DNA from: Mariprofundaceae bacterium
Lineage (GTDB): Bacteria > Pseudomonadota > Zetaproteobacteria > Mariprofundales > Mariprofundaceae
Direction: 5' to 3'
Assembly: GCA_030950835.1 (NCBI GenBank)
Contig: JAUZQU010000134.1
Coordinates: forward strand, 1 to 39,054
DNA: 39,054 bases
Shown piece by piece: positions 1 to 10,626 of this stretch; the stretch's first letter is position 1; the number at the start of each line of letters is the position of its first letter. The notes below the pieces were generated by a model. That model saw only the letters and a program-made list of their open reading frames with translations. It had not been told where the DNA came from and made no database searches. A program made the translations under genes and the position numbers.

Positions 1-1484
1 GCCTAACTACCATCAAAGCGCGCTTGGACGCTGGTCAAACCAGCGCAGTCGCCGTAGCCCAACAATATTTAGACCGCATCAACACTTACAACGATGATTT
101 GAATGCTTTTGTGCACATCGATGCCGATCACGTGATCGCCCAAGCTCAAGCATCTGATGATTACCGCAGCAAACATGAAGCACGTCCACTTGAAGGTTTG
201 CCGATTGCGGTCAAAGATATTTTTTGCACCCAACATGGCCCAACACGCTGTTGTTCTAAAATTTTGACTGATTTCCATGCACCTTATGATGCCCATGTCA
301 TCGGCTTGCTCAGAGAAGCTGGGGCAGTGTTGGTGGGTAAAACCAACATGGATGAGTTTGCTATGGGTTCATCCAATGAAACATCTGCTTTTGGTGGCTG
401 CAAAAACCCTTGGAACACCGATTGCATTCCTGGTGGTTCATCGGGTGGTTCAGCTGTAGCAGTGGCTGCGGCTTTGGCACCTGCTGCTTTGGGCACAGAC
501 ACAGGCGGCTCGATTCGCCAACCTGCTGCTTTGACGGGCTTGGTTGGTCTTAAACCCACTTACGGCAGGGTTTCACGCCGTGGCATCATTGCTTTTGCTT
601 CATCCCTTGACCAAGCTGGCCCTATGACCCGTACCGTCAAAGATGCCGCCATGCTGGCTGCTGTAATGTCTGGGCACGATGCAGGTGATGCGACATCGGT
701 TGCTGATGCACCGCAGATTGATTGGCTTAAAGCCTGCGCAGAAGGGCAGGATATGACTGGTCTGCGCATTGGTAAACCCAAAGAGTATTTTATTGATGGC
801 ATACATGATGAAGTGCGTCAGGCCATTGAAGATGCTTTGCAAAAATGCCAAGAGCTTGGTGCAGAAATCGTTGATATTTCCTTGCCACACACCAAATATG
901 CCGTGGCAGCTTATTATGTCATTGCCCCATCGGAAGCTTCCACAAATTTATCACGTTATGATTCGGTGCGTTTTGGACATCGCTGCGACAACCCTGAAGA
1001 CTTGGAAGATATGTATGCCAGATCGCGTGATGAAGGCTTTGGTGACGAAGTAAAACGCCGCATTTTAACGGGTACATTCGCCCTTTCTTCAGGTTATTAT
1101 GATGCTTATTATTTAAAGGCACAACGCGTCCGCACCCTGATCAGCCAAGATTTTAAAGCTGCTTTTGAGCTTGTCGATGTCATTGCCACACCGACAAGCC
1201 CTGTACCCGCTTTTAAAACTGGTGAGAAAACAGAAGACCCCATCACCATGTATTTATCCGATATTTTCACCATTGCAGTGAACTTAGCTGGCTTGCCTGG
1301 GCTTTCGCAACCTTGTGGTTTTGCCGATGGTTTGCCTGTTGGTCTGCAATGGATTGCGCCAGCTTGGCAAGAAGATAAAATATTGGCAGCGGCAGCTGCG
1401 TATGAAGGTGCAACAGATTGGCATACCAAAACAGCGAGTGCCTTTGCCCAAACAGTATCAAGCAATAACGGAGGTGAAGCATGA
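1..1484 (+). CDS. gatA: Asp-tRNA(Asn)/Glu-tRNA(Gln) amidotransferase subunit A (5' end outside window)
   Basis: Amidase signature: IAVKD, GKTNMDEFAMGSS, GGSSGGSA, GTDTGGSIRQPA, GDEVKRRI. The frame is open from the window edge, so TTG at 24 is not the true start. Confidence 0.97.
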   Translation, partial: LTTIKARLDAGQTSAVAVAQQYLDRINTYNDDLNAFVHIDADHVIAQAQASDDYRSKHEARPLEGLPIAVKDIFCTQHGPTRCCSKILTDFHAPYDAHVIGLLREAGAVLVGKTNMDEFAMGSSNETSAFGGCKNPWNTDCIPGGSSGGSAVAVAAALAPAALGTDTGGSIRQPAALTGLVGLKPTYGRVSRRGIIAFASSLDQAGPMTRTVKDAAMLAAVMSGHDAGDATSVADAPQIDWLKACAEGQDMTGLRIGKPKEYFIDGIHDEVRQAIEDALQKCQELGAEIVDISLPHTKYAVAAYYVIAPSEASTNLSRYDSVRFGHRCDNPEDLEDMYARSRDEGFGDEVKRRILTGTFALSSGYYDAYYLKAQRVRTLISQDFKAAFELVDVIATPTSPVPAFKTGEKTEDPITMYLSDIFTIAVNLAGLPGLSQPCGFADGLPVGLQWIAPAWQEDKILAAAAAYEGATDWHTKTASAFAQTVSSNNGGEA

Positions 1485-2908
1485 GCTGGGAAGTTGTAAT
1501 TGGATTAGAAGTACACTGTCAAATTAACACCAAAACCAAAGCATTTTGTGCTTGCTCCACTGCATTTGGTGCCGAGCCAAACACGCAAACATGCCCTGTT
1601 TGCTTGGGTATGCCAGGGCAATTGCCTGTATTAAATGATGTTGCAGCGCGCAAAACCATTTTGACGGGTTTAGCTATCAATGGCAACATCAATTTAGAGT
1701 CTAAATTTGATAGGAAAAACTATTTCTACCCTGATTTACCCAAAGGTTATCAGATTTCTCAATTTGCTGTGCCTATTGTTGAAGGTGGTTATATCGACAT
1801 CCCCACCAAAAATGGCGAAAAACGTCTTGGTGTGACCCGTATTCATATGGAAGAAGATGCAGGAAAATCCATGCACGAAGGGCTAGATGCTGTTTCGCAT
1901 ATTGATTTGAATCGCTCTGGTATTCCGCTGATGGAAATCGTTTCTGAGCCTGATATGCGCTCTGCTGATGAAGCCATTGCTTACTTGAAACAACTGCATC
2001 AAATCATCAAATTCCTTGGTGTATCGGGTGCAGATATGGAAAAAGGGCAATTCCGTTGTGATGCTAATGTTTCGGTGCGTCATCCTGGTGAAGAGCTGGG
2101 CACACGCACTGAAATGAAGAATATGAACTCGTTCCGCTTCATCAAACAAGCCATTGAATATGAAGTGTTGCGCCAAATTGAAATCATTGAAGATGGTGGC
2201 AAAGTTAAACAAGAGTCTCGCCTTTGGGACTCTGTAAAAAATGAATCACGCTCTATGCGCAGCAAAGAAGAAGCCCAAGATTATCGCTACTTCCCTGAGC
2301 CAGATTTGCCACCGCTTCGTGTGAGCCAAGAAGAAGTCGATGCCATCCAAGCTGGTATGCCTGAATTACCAAACCAACTGCGTCAACGCTTTGAAAGCGA
2401 GTTCGGTTTATCCGCTTATGATGCCGATGTACTCACCCAAACCCAAGCTTTGGCAGTGTGGTATGAATCTTTGGTTGCCGCTCACCCTGCCAACCCCAAA
2501 CAATGTGCCAACTGGCTTGCCAATGAGCTGCTTGGTCGCCTCAAAGAGTTGGGTAAAAGCATTGAGCATTCCCCCATCTCTGCACAAAGTTTGGCAAGTC
2601 TTTTGGATAGAATTGCCGACAACACCATCTCTGGAAAAATCGCCAAAGATGTACTTGATGCAATGATGGAATCAGGCAAAGATGTTGATACCATCATTGA
2701 CGAAAAAGGTTTGAAACAAGTCTCGGATACGGGTGCTATTGATGCCATGATTCAAACGGTCTTGGATGCCAATCAAGGGCAAGTTGAAGCATATAAAGGC
2801 GGACAAGACAGGTTGTTTGGCTTCTTTGTTGGGCAAGTGATGAAAGCTTCCAAAGGCAAAGCCAATCCAGCGCTGGTGAACCAACGTCTTAAAGCACTCT
2901 TGGCTTAA
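1481..2908 (+). CDS. gatB: Asp-tRNA(Asn)/Glu-tRNA(Gln) amidotransferase subunit B
   Basis: VIGLEVH, RKNYFYPDLPKGYQISQ, HMEEDAGK, RCDANVS, DYRYFPEPDL, GFFVGQVMK. ATGA overlap with gatA and GGAGG RBS. Confidence 0.98.
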   Translation: MSWEVVIGLEVHCQINTKTKAFCACSTAFGAEPNTQTCPVCLGMPGQLPVLNDVAARKTILTGLAINGNINLESKFDRKNYFYPDLPKGYQISQFAVPIVEGGYIDIPTKNGEKRLGVTRIHMEEDAGKSMHEGLDAVSHIDLNRSGIPLMEIVSEPDMRSADEAIAYLKQLHQIIKFLGVSGADMEKGQFRCDANVSVRHPGEELGTRTEMKNMNSFRFIKQAIEYEVLRQIEIIEDGGKVKQESRLWDSVKNESRSMRSKEEAQDYRYFPEPDLPPLRVSQEEVDAIQAGMPELPNQLRQRFESEFGLSAYDADVLTQTQALAVWYESLVAAHPANPKQCANWLANELLGRLKELGKSIEHSPISAQSLASLLDRIADNTISGKIAKDVLDAMMESGKDVDTIIDEKGLKQVSDTGAIDAMIQTVLDANQGQVEAYKGGQDRLFGFFVGQVMKASKGKANPALVNQRLKALLA

Positions 2909-2910
2909 AT

Positions 2911-5418
2911 ATGCGAAAAAAACAACAGTCACGGCACTGGATATTCGCCAGCGTGGCTGTTGTATTGTTGTTGTTCATGAGTATCAACAAGCTCAACCAT
3001 CAACAATTATACCATAGTTTACAGCAACAACTCGCCAACACAGGCATCGCATTACAAGCTAAAAACATCCAGTTAAGTTGGATGTACCTTGGCTCCATTC
3101 GTTTGGATGGGGTGAACATGCAAAGTGACCATTTTCAGCTTTCCGCGCAACATCTTTTTATTGACCTTGATTTGGCAGCCTTGTTAACGGGCAAAGCGCT
3201 AGCCCAAGCCTTGTATTTACAATTGGCAGATATTGATGTGGAAAAAAATCAAACAAACACATGGTTAAAGCTCATAGACAACGACAGTTTCAAGCTGAAA
3301 CGTATTGATATATCACAAAGTGAAATCCATTTTGCCGAACAACATCTTACCCTTAAACAAGTGGATTTGGATATTCGTGATATTGGCAAAAACAAAAGTC
3401 CACGCTTAGAACTTAGGGCACATATAGGCGATGGACGCATAGATGCACATGGTTATTTGCATCTCAAACGTGGTGAAATCACCCGTGGTTTTGGGCGTGT
3501 ACGTTTATTTGATATTCCCGTGCAACCATGGCTAAAACATACCCGTTTACACTCTTTAAACGGTACCATCACCACCCATATCAACCAAGATTCAACATGG
3601 CAGGCGCTTGGACATCTTGCCATTCAAGATCAACAACTTAACCAACTTGAACTGCGTGGAAAAGTGCTTCGTAATATCGAAAATATTATGGACATTCAAG
3701 ATATGGTGTTGCACATTAACCAAGCTGGGGCGTTCAACATCCAAGGGCAGTGTTCAGCGTTATTCAACTGCAAAGTGCAACTGCAAAGTGAACGTATTGC
3801 CTTAGCACCTGTGTTTTCTTTGCTCAACCAAGAACAACATGCCGAGAAGCTAGGTAGTAGCCGCATCCAAGACGTGAATATGGCTTTAACATGGGAAAAT
3901 GAGGTGTTCTCCAGCTCTGGGCATGCCAAGTGGCAAAGCTTGTTTTATGACACCATCACTTTGGCTGCGGGGAAAATAGAGCTGCAAGATTTGTCTTATC
4001 AAGATGGGCATGGCTGGCAGTTAGACAAGTTAAATGTCAGGCAAACAGATGAAGACCATGCTTCGCTCTCTCTTGAGCAAGCCAGCTATGTCCAAGAGCG
4101 TTGGATTCTACCTCTACACCTGCAACATAGTGCCTTGTGGTTGCCTTTGGCACAGACATTAGAGACTATATTTAGCCAAGAATCGCCGAAGTTACAAGGT
4201 TCTGGGCTGATGCATGGTCAGTTGTTATTGCACATAAAACAACAGCAACTGCAACAGCTCAACATGGATATTTATGCCCAACAAGCGCACATTATCTGGC
4301 AACAAGTGGAAAAACCATTGGCTGTGCCAAGCTTTATTCGCGGTGAAATCACTTGGCAAGATCATGTTATTAACCAAGCCGAAATCTCGCTTGGTTTGGC
4401 GAAAAGCCGTGCTGAGATAGATTATATACGCACGGAACAACACACGGTATGGAAGTTAGAAAAGTTGAACATAGATATATCTCAATGGCAAGATATGGGC
4501 ATTCAATTACCCACATTTTGGCAAGCTTGGCATGGGCGTGTGCAAGGTGACATCATGTTCAAACAAGCTGCACAACAACGCACTTGGAGCATAGATCAAG
4601 CCACATTACAACTCGCCAATTTTGGTGATGCTGGGCATCAGTTTGATGGTGATGTGAAAAAGAATGGTCGTCAGTGGTGGTTGGATGATGTGATGTGGAA
4701 ATTCCAGCAACAGCAGGCCGTGTTCTCCAGTGTTGGCAGCGCTACTGTACGGATAAAAGCAGCGCGTTTGGATGCACAAAATTTGATGTTATTAGCCAAG
4801 ATTGAAGGTTTCAAGGGGCATTTGCAAAGCCGTATACTACACTTACCCTTTGCTGATTTTGAAAACTTTTCTAGCACACTGCAAACTTCCAAGCACGGTT
4901 TGCAACTGAGCAACAGCAAAAGTGATTTTCATCAAGGAACCTTACGCAGTAAACTTATGCACATCCGCCAAGACGATGCCCGTATGCACTTTTCTGGGTC
5001 TCTACAATTAGGGAATGTGCATTTAAAACCATGGGCGTGGTTACAACAACAATTCCAAAACCCTTTGCGGGGTAATTTGTATGCCACGTTGAACCTACAA
5101 GCCAGCTTTGATGATGCTTTGACACTACATCATTGGTCTGGTGATGGTGATGTGCAGGTCTATAATGCCCAGTGGCTGCGTGCAAATGATCATCTCCATG
5201 CAGATTCACTACAACTCAAGCTGCGCAAACGAAAACAGTTTGCAGCAGATATTAATGTAGAAAATGGACGCAATCATGGTTCAGGAAAACTTCTGATTGA
5301 TGCACAACATGATAGCTCAGGTTATCTGCAATGGTTGGGGAAACGTGTCCACTTCAGCCATGATTGGCAACACATGCAATTTACGACAAACGACGAATCT
5401 GCTATTGAAAAGCAGTAA
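2911..5418 (+). CDS. Large membrane-anchored periplasmic protein, probably AsmA-like superfamily
   Basis: 835-aa ORF starting 2 nt after the gatB stop. Basic N-terminus, one TM helix, then a long run of alternating-hydrophobic beta-strand-like sequence. Family assignment is by architecture only. Confidence 0.6.
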   Translation: MRKKQQSRHWIFASVAVVLLLFMSINKLNHQQLYHSLQQQLANTGIALQAKNIQLSWMYLGSIRLDGVNMQSDHFQLSAQHLFIDLDLAALLTGKALAQALYLQLADIDVEKNQTNTWLKLIDNDSFKLKRIDISQSEIHFAEQHLTLKQVDLDIRDIGKNKSPRLELRAHIGDGRIDAHGYLHLKRGEITRGFGRVRLFDIPVQPWLKHTRLHSLNGTITTHINQDSTWQALGHLAIQDQQLNQLELRGKVLRNIENIMDIQDMVLHINQAGAFNIQGQCSALFNCKVQLQSERIALAPVFSLLNQEQHAEKLGSSRIQDVNMALTWENEVFSSSGHAKWQSLFYDTITLAAGKIELQDLSYQDGHGWQLDKLNVRQTDEDHASLSLEQASYVQERWILPLHLQHSALWLPLAQTLETIFSQESPKLQGSGLMHGQLLLHIKQQQLQQLNMDIYAQQAHIIWQQVEKPLAVPSFIRGEITWQDHVINQAEISLGLAKSRAEIDYIRTEQHTVWKLEKLNIDISQWQDMGIQLPTFWQAWHGRVQGDIMFKQAAQQRTWSIDQATLQLANFGDAGHQFDGDVKKNGRQWWLDDVMWKFQQQQAVFSSVGSATVRIKAARLDAQNLMLLAKIEGFKGHLQSRILHLPFADFENFSSTLQTSKHGLQLSNSKSDFHQGTLRSKLMHIRQDDARMHFSGSLQLGNVHLKPWAWLQQQFQNPLRGNLYATLNLQASFDDALTLHHWSGDGDVQVYNAQWLRANDHLHADSLQLKLRKRKQFAADINVENGRNHGSGKLLIDAQHDSSGYLQWLGKRVHFSHDWQHMQFTTNDESAIEKQ

Positions 5419-5475
5419 TGATATGTCTGCAATCTGACGAGAACTGGCACATCTCCATGCAAGTTGCCTGGTTTT

Positions 5476-6309
5476 TTATGCTGATTCTTGTGTGGAAGTA
5501 TCTTCAGAAAAACGTGCCAAAAATAAACCCACTTCAAACAATAATAACATAGGGATGGCAAGTAGTGCTTGGGAGATGATGTCAGGCGGTGTTAACAGCG
5601 CAGCAAAAACGAATGCCCACACAATGACATAACGACGTTGTTTCGCCAAAGAGTCTGCTTCTGTAATCCCCAAGCGAATCAACAACATAATCACAATAGG
5701 TATTTGGAAGCTTAGACCAAAAGCAAATAGCAATTTCAATACCAGCGTTAAATACTCTTTCACTGCAGGCATAGCTTGGATAAGGTCAGTAGAAAATCCT
5801 AAAAAGAATTCAAAAATAACAGGGAATACGATGTAAAATGAGAATGCTGCGCCTGCAATCATCAACATCACACTGGCTAAAAAGTAAGCTAAAAAGGCTT
5901 TGCGTTCATGTTTGTACAAGGCAGGTGTTACAAATGCCCAGAATTGGTAGAAGGTAATCGGTGCGGTAGCAAACAAACTCAATACAAGGGCGATTTTTAA
6001 ATATGTGAAAAACACATCTGGCGCATTGAGGAAAATCAAAGGTGTGTTTGGCGGTAAAGCGTCTCGAATGGGTGCAGAGATAAACTCAAAGACAATGCTA
6101 GAGAAGTTCATCAATACCAATACACCAATCACATATGCCACCACTGCAATCAGCAAGCGTTTTTTAAGCTCACGCAAGTGTGACATTAAAGGTATTTCGG
6201 CAACCTCATTTTTAGTGGTCGATACTTCTGCTGCCGTGACTTCTGACCCTTTGGCTTCTGACCCTTTGCCTTCTGGCGAAGATGTTTCTGATGATGCCGC
6301 TTCACTCAA
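5476..6309 (-). CDS. tatC: Twin-arginine translocase subunit TatC
   Basis: PLMSHLRELKKRL, YQFWAFVTPALY, FGLSFQIP, AALLTPPDIISQ. Overlaps the tatB stop by 4 nt. Confidence 0.96.
   Translation of the reverse strand: MSEAASSETSSPEGKGSEAKGSEVTAAEVSTTKNEVAEIPLMSHLRELKKRLLIAVVAYVIGVLVLMNFSSIVFEFISAPIRDALPPNTPLIFLNAPDVFFTYLKIALVLSLFATAPITFYQFWAFVTPALYKHERKAFLAYFLASVMLMIAGAAFSFYIVFPVIFEFFLGFSTDLIQAMPAVKEYLTLVLKLLFAFGLSFQIPIVIMLLIRLGITEADSLAKQRRYVIVWAFVFAALLTPPDIISQALLAIPMLLLFEVGLFLARFSEDTSTQESA
6240..6275. repeat. 15-bp in-frame tandem repeat (about 2.4 copies) in the TatC N-terminal extension
   Basis: cttctgaccctttgg / cttctgaccctttgc / cttctg, encoding GKGSE-AKGSE on the minus strand. Confidence 0.75.
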
Positions 6310-6572
6310 GGGGGATTATCCTCTGATTTTTGTTTCACCTGTTCTTTGCTTTCTTCAATCGAGGTCTGGATGCTCTGTTTCATTTCCTCAACTGGTCGGA
6401 TTAGCTGTTGCTTCTCTAAGTCAAACTGTGATTTTAAATCATATATCCACTTGCGACCTTGACGCATGAATCCTGCAATTTGCGCAAAGAATTCAGGCAA
6501 ACGTTCAGGCCCAAGCACCAAAAAGGCAATCATACCAATCAATATTAACTCAATCATACCAATATCAGGCAT
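6306..6572 (-). CDS. tatB: Twin-arginine translocase subunit TatB
   Basis: MPDIGMIELILIGMIAFLVLGPERLPE, the TatB GPERLP motif. Lies between tatA and tatC. Confidence 0.95.
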   Translation of the reverse strand: MPDIGMIELILIGMIAFLVLGPERLPEFFAQIAGFMRQGRKWIYDLKSQFDLEKQQLIRPVEEMKQSIQTSIEESKEQVKQKSEDNPP

Positions 6573-6616
6573 AGTTCAGCCTACCAACAGCAGTAAAGAA
6601 AGCCAACGACTGAACA

Positions 6617-6802
6617 TCATGCTGATTTACTTTCTTTTTTCTCACTGTCATCTGTAGATTTTTTATCATCTGTAATATTACTACGAAAACTTTTGATGCC
6701 CCTTGCCAAACCTTCACCCAATGCAGGCAGTTTTTTTGCCCCAAACAACACCATCACAATCACCAAAATTAAAATTAACTCAGTAGTACCTAACCCAAAC
6801 AT
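6617..6802 (-). CDS. tatA: Twin-arginine translocase subunit TatA
   Basis: [26 protein letters not shown]...GIKSFR. Start moved to ATG 6802, which has an AAGGAG RBS upstream. Confidence 0.95.
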   Translation of the reverse strand: MFGLGTTELILILVIVMVLFGAKKLPALGEGLARGIKSFRSNITDDKKSTDDSEKKESKSA

Positions 6803-7162
6803 AAGCCTTACTCCTTTGTTGTTTTCACTCAAACCATCTCATACTTATCGCTATTTGTTGCAGCCAAACAAGTCGCCATAGACTAAGCTGAACACCAACC
6901 AGCAGCAACCACCTAAACAGTATCAGCCTTATCCTGCAAGTTTTTTTGCCATCCATATTCGCGATTGATTGTTATATGCCACCACATCATATTGCCTTTG
7001 CATGGCTTTTTCACAGGCTCTGCATTCCTATTTCCACCCTAAAAAAGGAAAGTATTTACACGCTGATAAACATCAATCTAGCAATTTAAGCTGTGTTATC
7101 TGCGAACAATCTATGGAGAACAATTGAACATCAAAGTAGTTACAGGCATCGTTTGCCTTCTT

Positions 7163-7810
7163 ATGTGTAATTATCCTTTTCCTATTCTTTGGCATCAACA
7201 ACAAAGCTACCCGCAAGCTATGTCCGAGCAAGCGTCTTTGCGGGATAAGATGTTAGATGGAAATGGGAACTTTGCTTTGATTTTAACCGAACACCCACCC
7301 ATTTATACTTTAGGCACATCGGGAAGTGCGAAAGATGTGTTGCAGCGAGAGGTGGATGGGCAAAGTATTGAGGTGTTTCAAACTGGGCGTGGTGGTGAGG
7401 TGACTTACCATGGGCCAGGGCAATTATTATGTTATGTCGTGGCAAATTTAGCGCATGAACAAGACTTGCATCAACATATTTGGCGTTTGGAGGAAGTGAT
7501 TATCCGTACTTTGGCAGTATTGGGGGTCACTGGGCTGCGTGATGATAGGGGTATTGGTGTTTGGGTGGATGGTTTAAAGATTGCTGCAGCTGGAGTGCGC
7601 TGTCGCCGATGGGTGGTTTGGCATGGTATTGCCTTGAATATCAAGCCCAATTTGAATCACTTTAAGGGTATTATACCTTGCGGCATGCGTGATGCACCCG
7701 TCACTTCTTTGGCAAACTTGGGGCTTGAGGTGACGCGGGAAAGCGTAGAAACGATTCTCAAGCGGCAAGTTGCGGAGGTATTTAGCACGCTTTTTTTGCC
7801 CGCAGACTAA
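7163..7810 (+). CDS. lipB: Lipoyl(octanoyl) transferase LipB
   Basis: EHPPIYTLG, RGGEVTYHGPGQL, KIAAAG, HGIALN, IIPCG. Start most likely ATG 7163 (uncertain). Confidence 0.93.
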   Translation: MCNYPFPILWHQQQSYPQAMSEQASLRDKMLDGNGNFALILTEHPPIYTLGTSGSAKDVLQREVDGQSIEVFQTGRGGEVTYHGPGQLLCYVVANLAHEQDLHQHIWRLEEVIIRTLAVLGVTGLRDDRGIGVWVDGLKIAAAGVRCRRWVVWHGIALNIKPNLNHFKGIIPCGMRDAPVTSLANLGLEVTRESVETILKRQVAEVFSTLFLPAD

Positions 7811-7893
7811 ATCAAGTCTATTTTGTCTTGTTTGCTGTTAAGAATTGGTCTATTAATGCACTAAGGACGTTTTAAGTTTTGCAGGAGGCAAAC

Positions 7894-10605
7894 GTGTCAG
7901 ATTCCACGGTTACACAAAGCAGTGCCACATCCCATGAAGAGATGCTTCAAGCTTTGCAGCGCAGTATGCGCGTCTCCGCAGCCAGTGTTTCGGCAAACAC
8001 ACAAGATTCATCGGCTGCTGTACAAAATGATATTGAATATCCATCCCGTGCCCTTTATTTGATTCAAGCTTGGCGTATGCACGGGCATTTACATGCCGAC
8101 CTTGACCCTTTAAAACAACACCCAAGCAAACCTAGCCCTGAAATGGAATTGGCATATTATGGTTTGAACGATGATGACTTGGACAGGGTGTTTCCCACGG
8201 GTGATTTGGTAGGCCCTGCGGCTTTGCCTTTAAAAGACATTTTGGACATTCTACAACGCACTTATAGTGGACATATCGCGCCTGAATTGATGCATATCAT
8301 GAACACTTCACGTCGCCAGTGGATGCAACAACGTTTAGAGGGTTCGCGTTCTACACCGACTTATGATGATGCAGCGCGTAAACATCTGTTTAGCTTGGTG
8401 ATGAAAGCCGAAGAGTTTGAACGTTTCTTGCATACACGTTATACAGGGCAAAAACGCTTTTCTTTGGAAGGTGGTGAAAGTTTGGTGCCGATGTTGGATG
8501 CTTTGATTCAACGTGCAGGCAATAAAGGTGTGAAAGAAATCATTTTGGGCATGGCACACAGGGGTAGGTTAAATGTACTCGCCAATGTCTTGGGCAAATC
8601 GTTGACCGACATTTTTTCTGAATTTGAAGGCGATCAATTCAATGATGCCGATACGGATGCAGGTGATGTTAAATATCACATGGGTTTTTCCTCGGACATC
8701 AGCACAGCAGGTGGAACAGTACACTTATCACTGGGTTTCAACCCCTCTCATCTTGAAATTATTTCACCTGTAGTTTTGGGCAGCGTGCGGGCGCGGCAGT
8801 GTAGACGAAAAGACAAAGCGCGGCGTGAAGTGATGGGGGTATTGATTCATGGTGATGCTGCTTTTGCAGGGCAAGGTGTGGTGGCAGAATCGTTAAACTT
8901 GGGTGATTTATCTGGTTATCGTACTGGCGGCACGATTCATATCGTGATCAACAATCAAATTGGTTTTACCACCAACCCCTTTGATGCACGTTCCACTTTT
9001 TATTGCACAGATGTCGCCAAATTGGTGCAAGCACCCATCTTACATGTTAATGGTGATGATCCCGAAGCTTGTTGTATGGCGATGGAACTAGCGATGGATT
9101 ATAAACATCAATTCCGCAGTGATGTGGTGATTGATTTGGTCTGTTATCGCAGATTAGGGCATAACGAGGCTGATGCACCTGAAGTGACGCAACCCATGAT
9201 GTATGGACATATTCGACACCATGAAACAGTGCAACACCTGTATAGGCGTGACTTGGCTGTAGCAGGGGTATTATCTGAAGAAGAAGCCATTGAAACTGCC
9301 AAACACTACCGTGAATGTTTGGACAGCGTGCGTAAAAACAACATCGCTTTTCCACAATCTCCCAATACAGAAAACAGCCTGCAAGGGCGTTGGCAAGATT
9401 TTGTGCGTGAACATTCTGAAGAGCCTGTAACGGCAGTCGATGAAGCGACTTTAAAGAAATTGGTTCGTAGAGCTACGCAAGTCCCCGATGATTTTCGTAT
9501 GCATCCTAAAGTGCAAAAGATTTATGATAACCGCATCAAAATGATCGATGGTCAGATGCCGATTGACTGGGGTTGTGCCGAAATCATGGCATATGCTTCG
9601 TTATTACAAGATGGAGGCTGGATTCGTTTGACAGGGCAAGATACAGGGCGAGGTACATTCTTTCATCGCCATGCCATCGTTTATGATCAAGATTCAGGCA
9701 AAGGTTTTATCCCTTTACGTCAGCTTGAAAGTGGCGAGTTGTCTCGTTTTTTAGTCATCGATAGTATGCTCTCTGAAATGGCGGTGATGGCATATGAATA
9801 TGGTTATTCAGTAGCAGAGCCAAGGGCTTTGGTGATTTGGGAAGCCCAATATGGTGACTTTGCCAATATGGCACAGGTGGTGATTGACCAGTTTATTGCA
9901 GCAGGCGCCTCAAAGTGGAATCGCATGTCGGGTTTGGTATTGTGGTTGCCACATGGTTATGAAGGGCAAGGTGCAGAACATTCATCTGCCCGTTTGGAGC
10001 GTTTCTTGCAGCTTTGTGCCAATGATAATATGCAAATCGTTTGCCCGACTACGCCTGCACAACTCTTTCATCTATTCAGAAGGCAATATTTGCTTAACTC
10101 GCGTAAACCCATGATTATGATGGGTCCAAAAAGTATGTTAAGGCATAAAGCGTCTGTTTCTACGCTTGAAGACCTGACTTCGGGCAGCTTTCAGCCTGTT
10201 TTAGCAGAAAAGGCTACTGCAAAGTGCCGTAGGGTGATTTTATGCAGTGGTAAAGTGTATTATGATCTCATCGAAGCACGAGAAAAACAAAATGTAACGG
10301 ATGTGAACATCATACGCCTTGAACGTTTATACCCTTTTCCTGCCACTGAACTCAAGCAAGCTTTGGCTGATTACACCTCTTGTAAAGAGGTGCTGTGGTT
10401 GCAAGAAGAGCCTGAAAATCAAGGGGCTTGGTTTCAAATCAACAGTAATATTCGCCGTATTTTGCAGCCCCAACACAAGCTTTATGGTTTGGCACGACCA
10501 GCCTTGGCAGCGCCTGCTGTAGGCTCATTAAAACGGCACAATGTACAAAAAGAAACATTATTAACAACAGCGTTGGCAAAAGATGTTGCTGCTTTTATGC
10601 GTTAA
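7894..10605 (+). CDS. sucA: 2-oxoglutarate dehydrogenase E1 component
   Basis: GQKRFSLEGGE, GMAHRGRLNVL, GDVKYH, NPSHLE, ThDP motif HGDAAFAGQG...NNQIGF, WEAQYGDF, LPHGYEGQGAEHSSAR. GTG 7894 follows an AGGAGG RBS. Confidence 0.96.
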   Translation: MSDSTVTQSSATSHEEMLQALQRSMRVSAASVSANTQDSSAAVQNDIEYPSRALYLIQAWRMHGHLHADLDPLKQHPSKPSPEMELAYYGLNDDDLDRVFPTGDLVGPAALPLKDILDILQRTYSGHIAPELMHIMNTSRRQWMQQRLEGSRSTPTYDDAARKHLFSLVMKAEEFERFLHTRYTGQKRFSLEGGESLVPMLDALIQRAGNKGVKEIILGMAHRGRLNVLANVLGKSLTDIFSEFEGDQFNDADTDAGDVKYHMGFSSDISTAGGTVHLSLGFNPSHLEIISPVVLGSVRARQCRRKDKARREVMGVLIHGDAAFAGQGVVAESLNLGDLSGYRTGGTIHIVINNQIGFTTNPFDARSTFYCTDVAKLVQAPILHVNGDDPEACCMAMELAMDYKHQFRSDVVIDLVCYRRLGHNEADAPEVTQPMMYGHIRHHETVQHLYRRDLAVAGVLSEEEAIETAKHYRECLDSVRKNNIAFPQSPNTENSLQGRWQDFVREHSEEPVTAVDEATLKKLVRRATQVPDDFRMHPKVQKIYDNRIKMIDGQMPIDWGCAEIMAYASLLQDGGWIRLTGQDTGRGTFFHRHAIVYDQDSGKGFIPLRQLESGELSRFLVIDSMLSEMAVMAYEYGYSVAEPRALVIWEAQYGDFANMAQVVIDQFIAAGASKWNRMSGLVLWLPHGYEGQGAEHSSARLERFLQLCANDNMQIVCPTTPAQLFHLFRRQYLLNSRKPMIMMGPKSMLRHKASVSTLEDLTSGSFQPVLAEKATAKCRRVILCSGKVYYDLIEAREKQNVTDVNIIRLERLYPFPATELKQALADYTSCKEVLWLQEEPENQGAWFQINSNIRRILQPQHKLYGLARPALAAPAVGSLKRHNVQKETLLTTALAKDVAAFMR

Positions 10606-10626
10606 ACTGGAACAAAGGGGATAAGC

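Noticed and set aside
6825-6956. 43-codon hydrophobic minus-strand ORF upstream of tatA (MDGKKTCRIRLILFRWLLLVG…)
   Set aside because: No RBS and no recognisable family; probably chance in the divergent promoter region.
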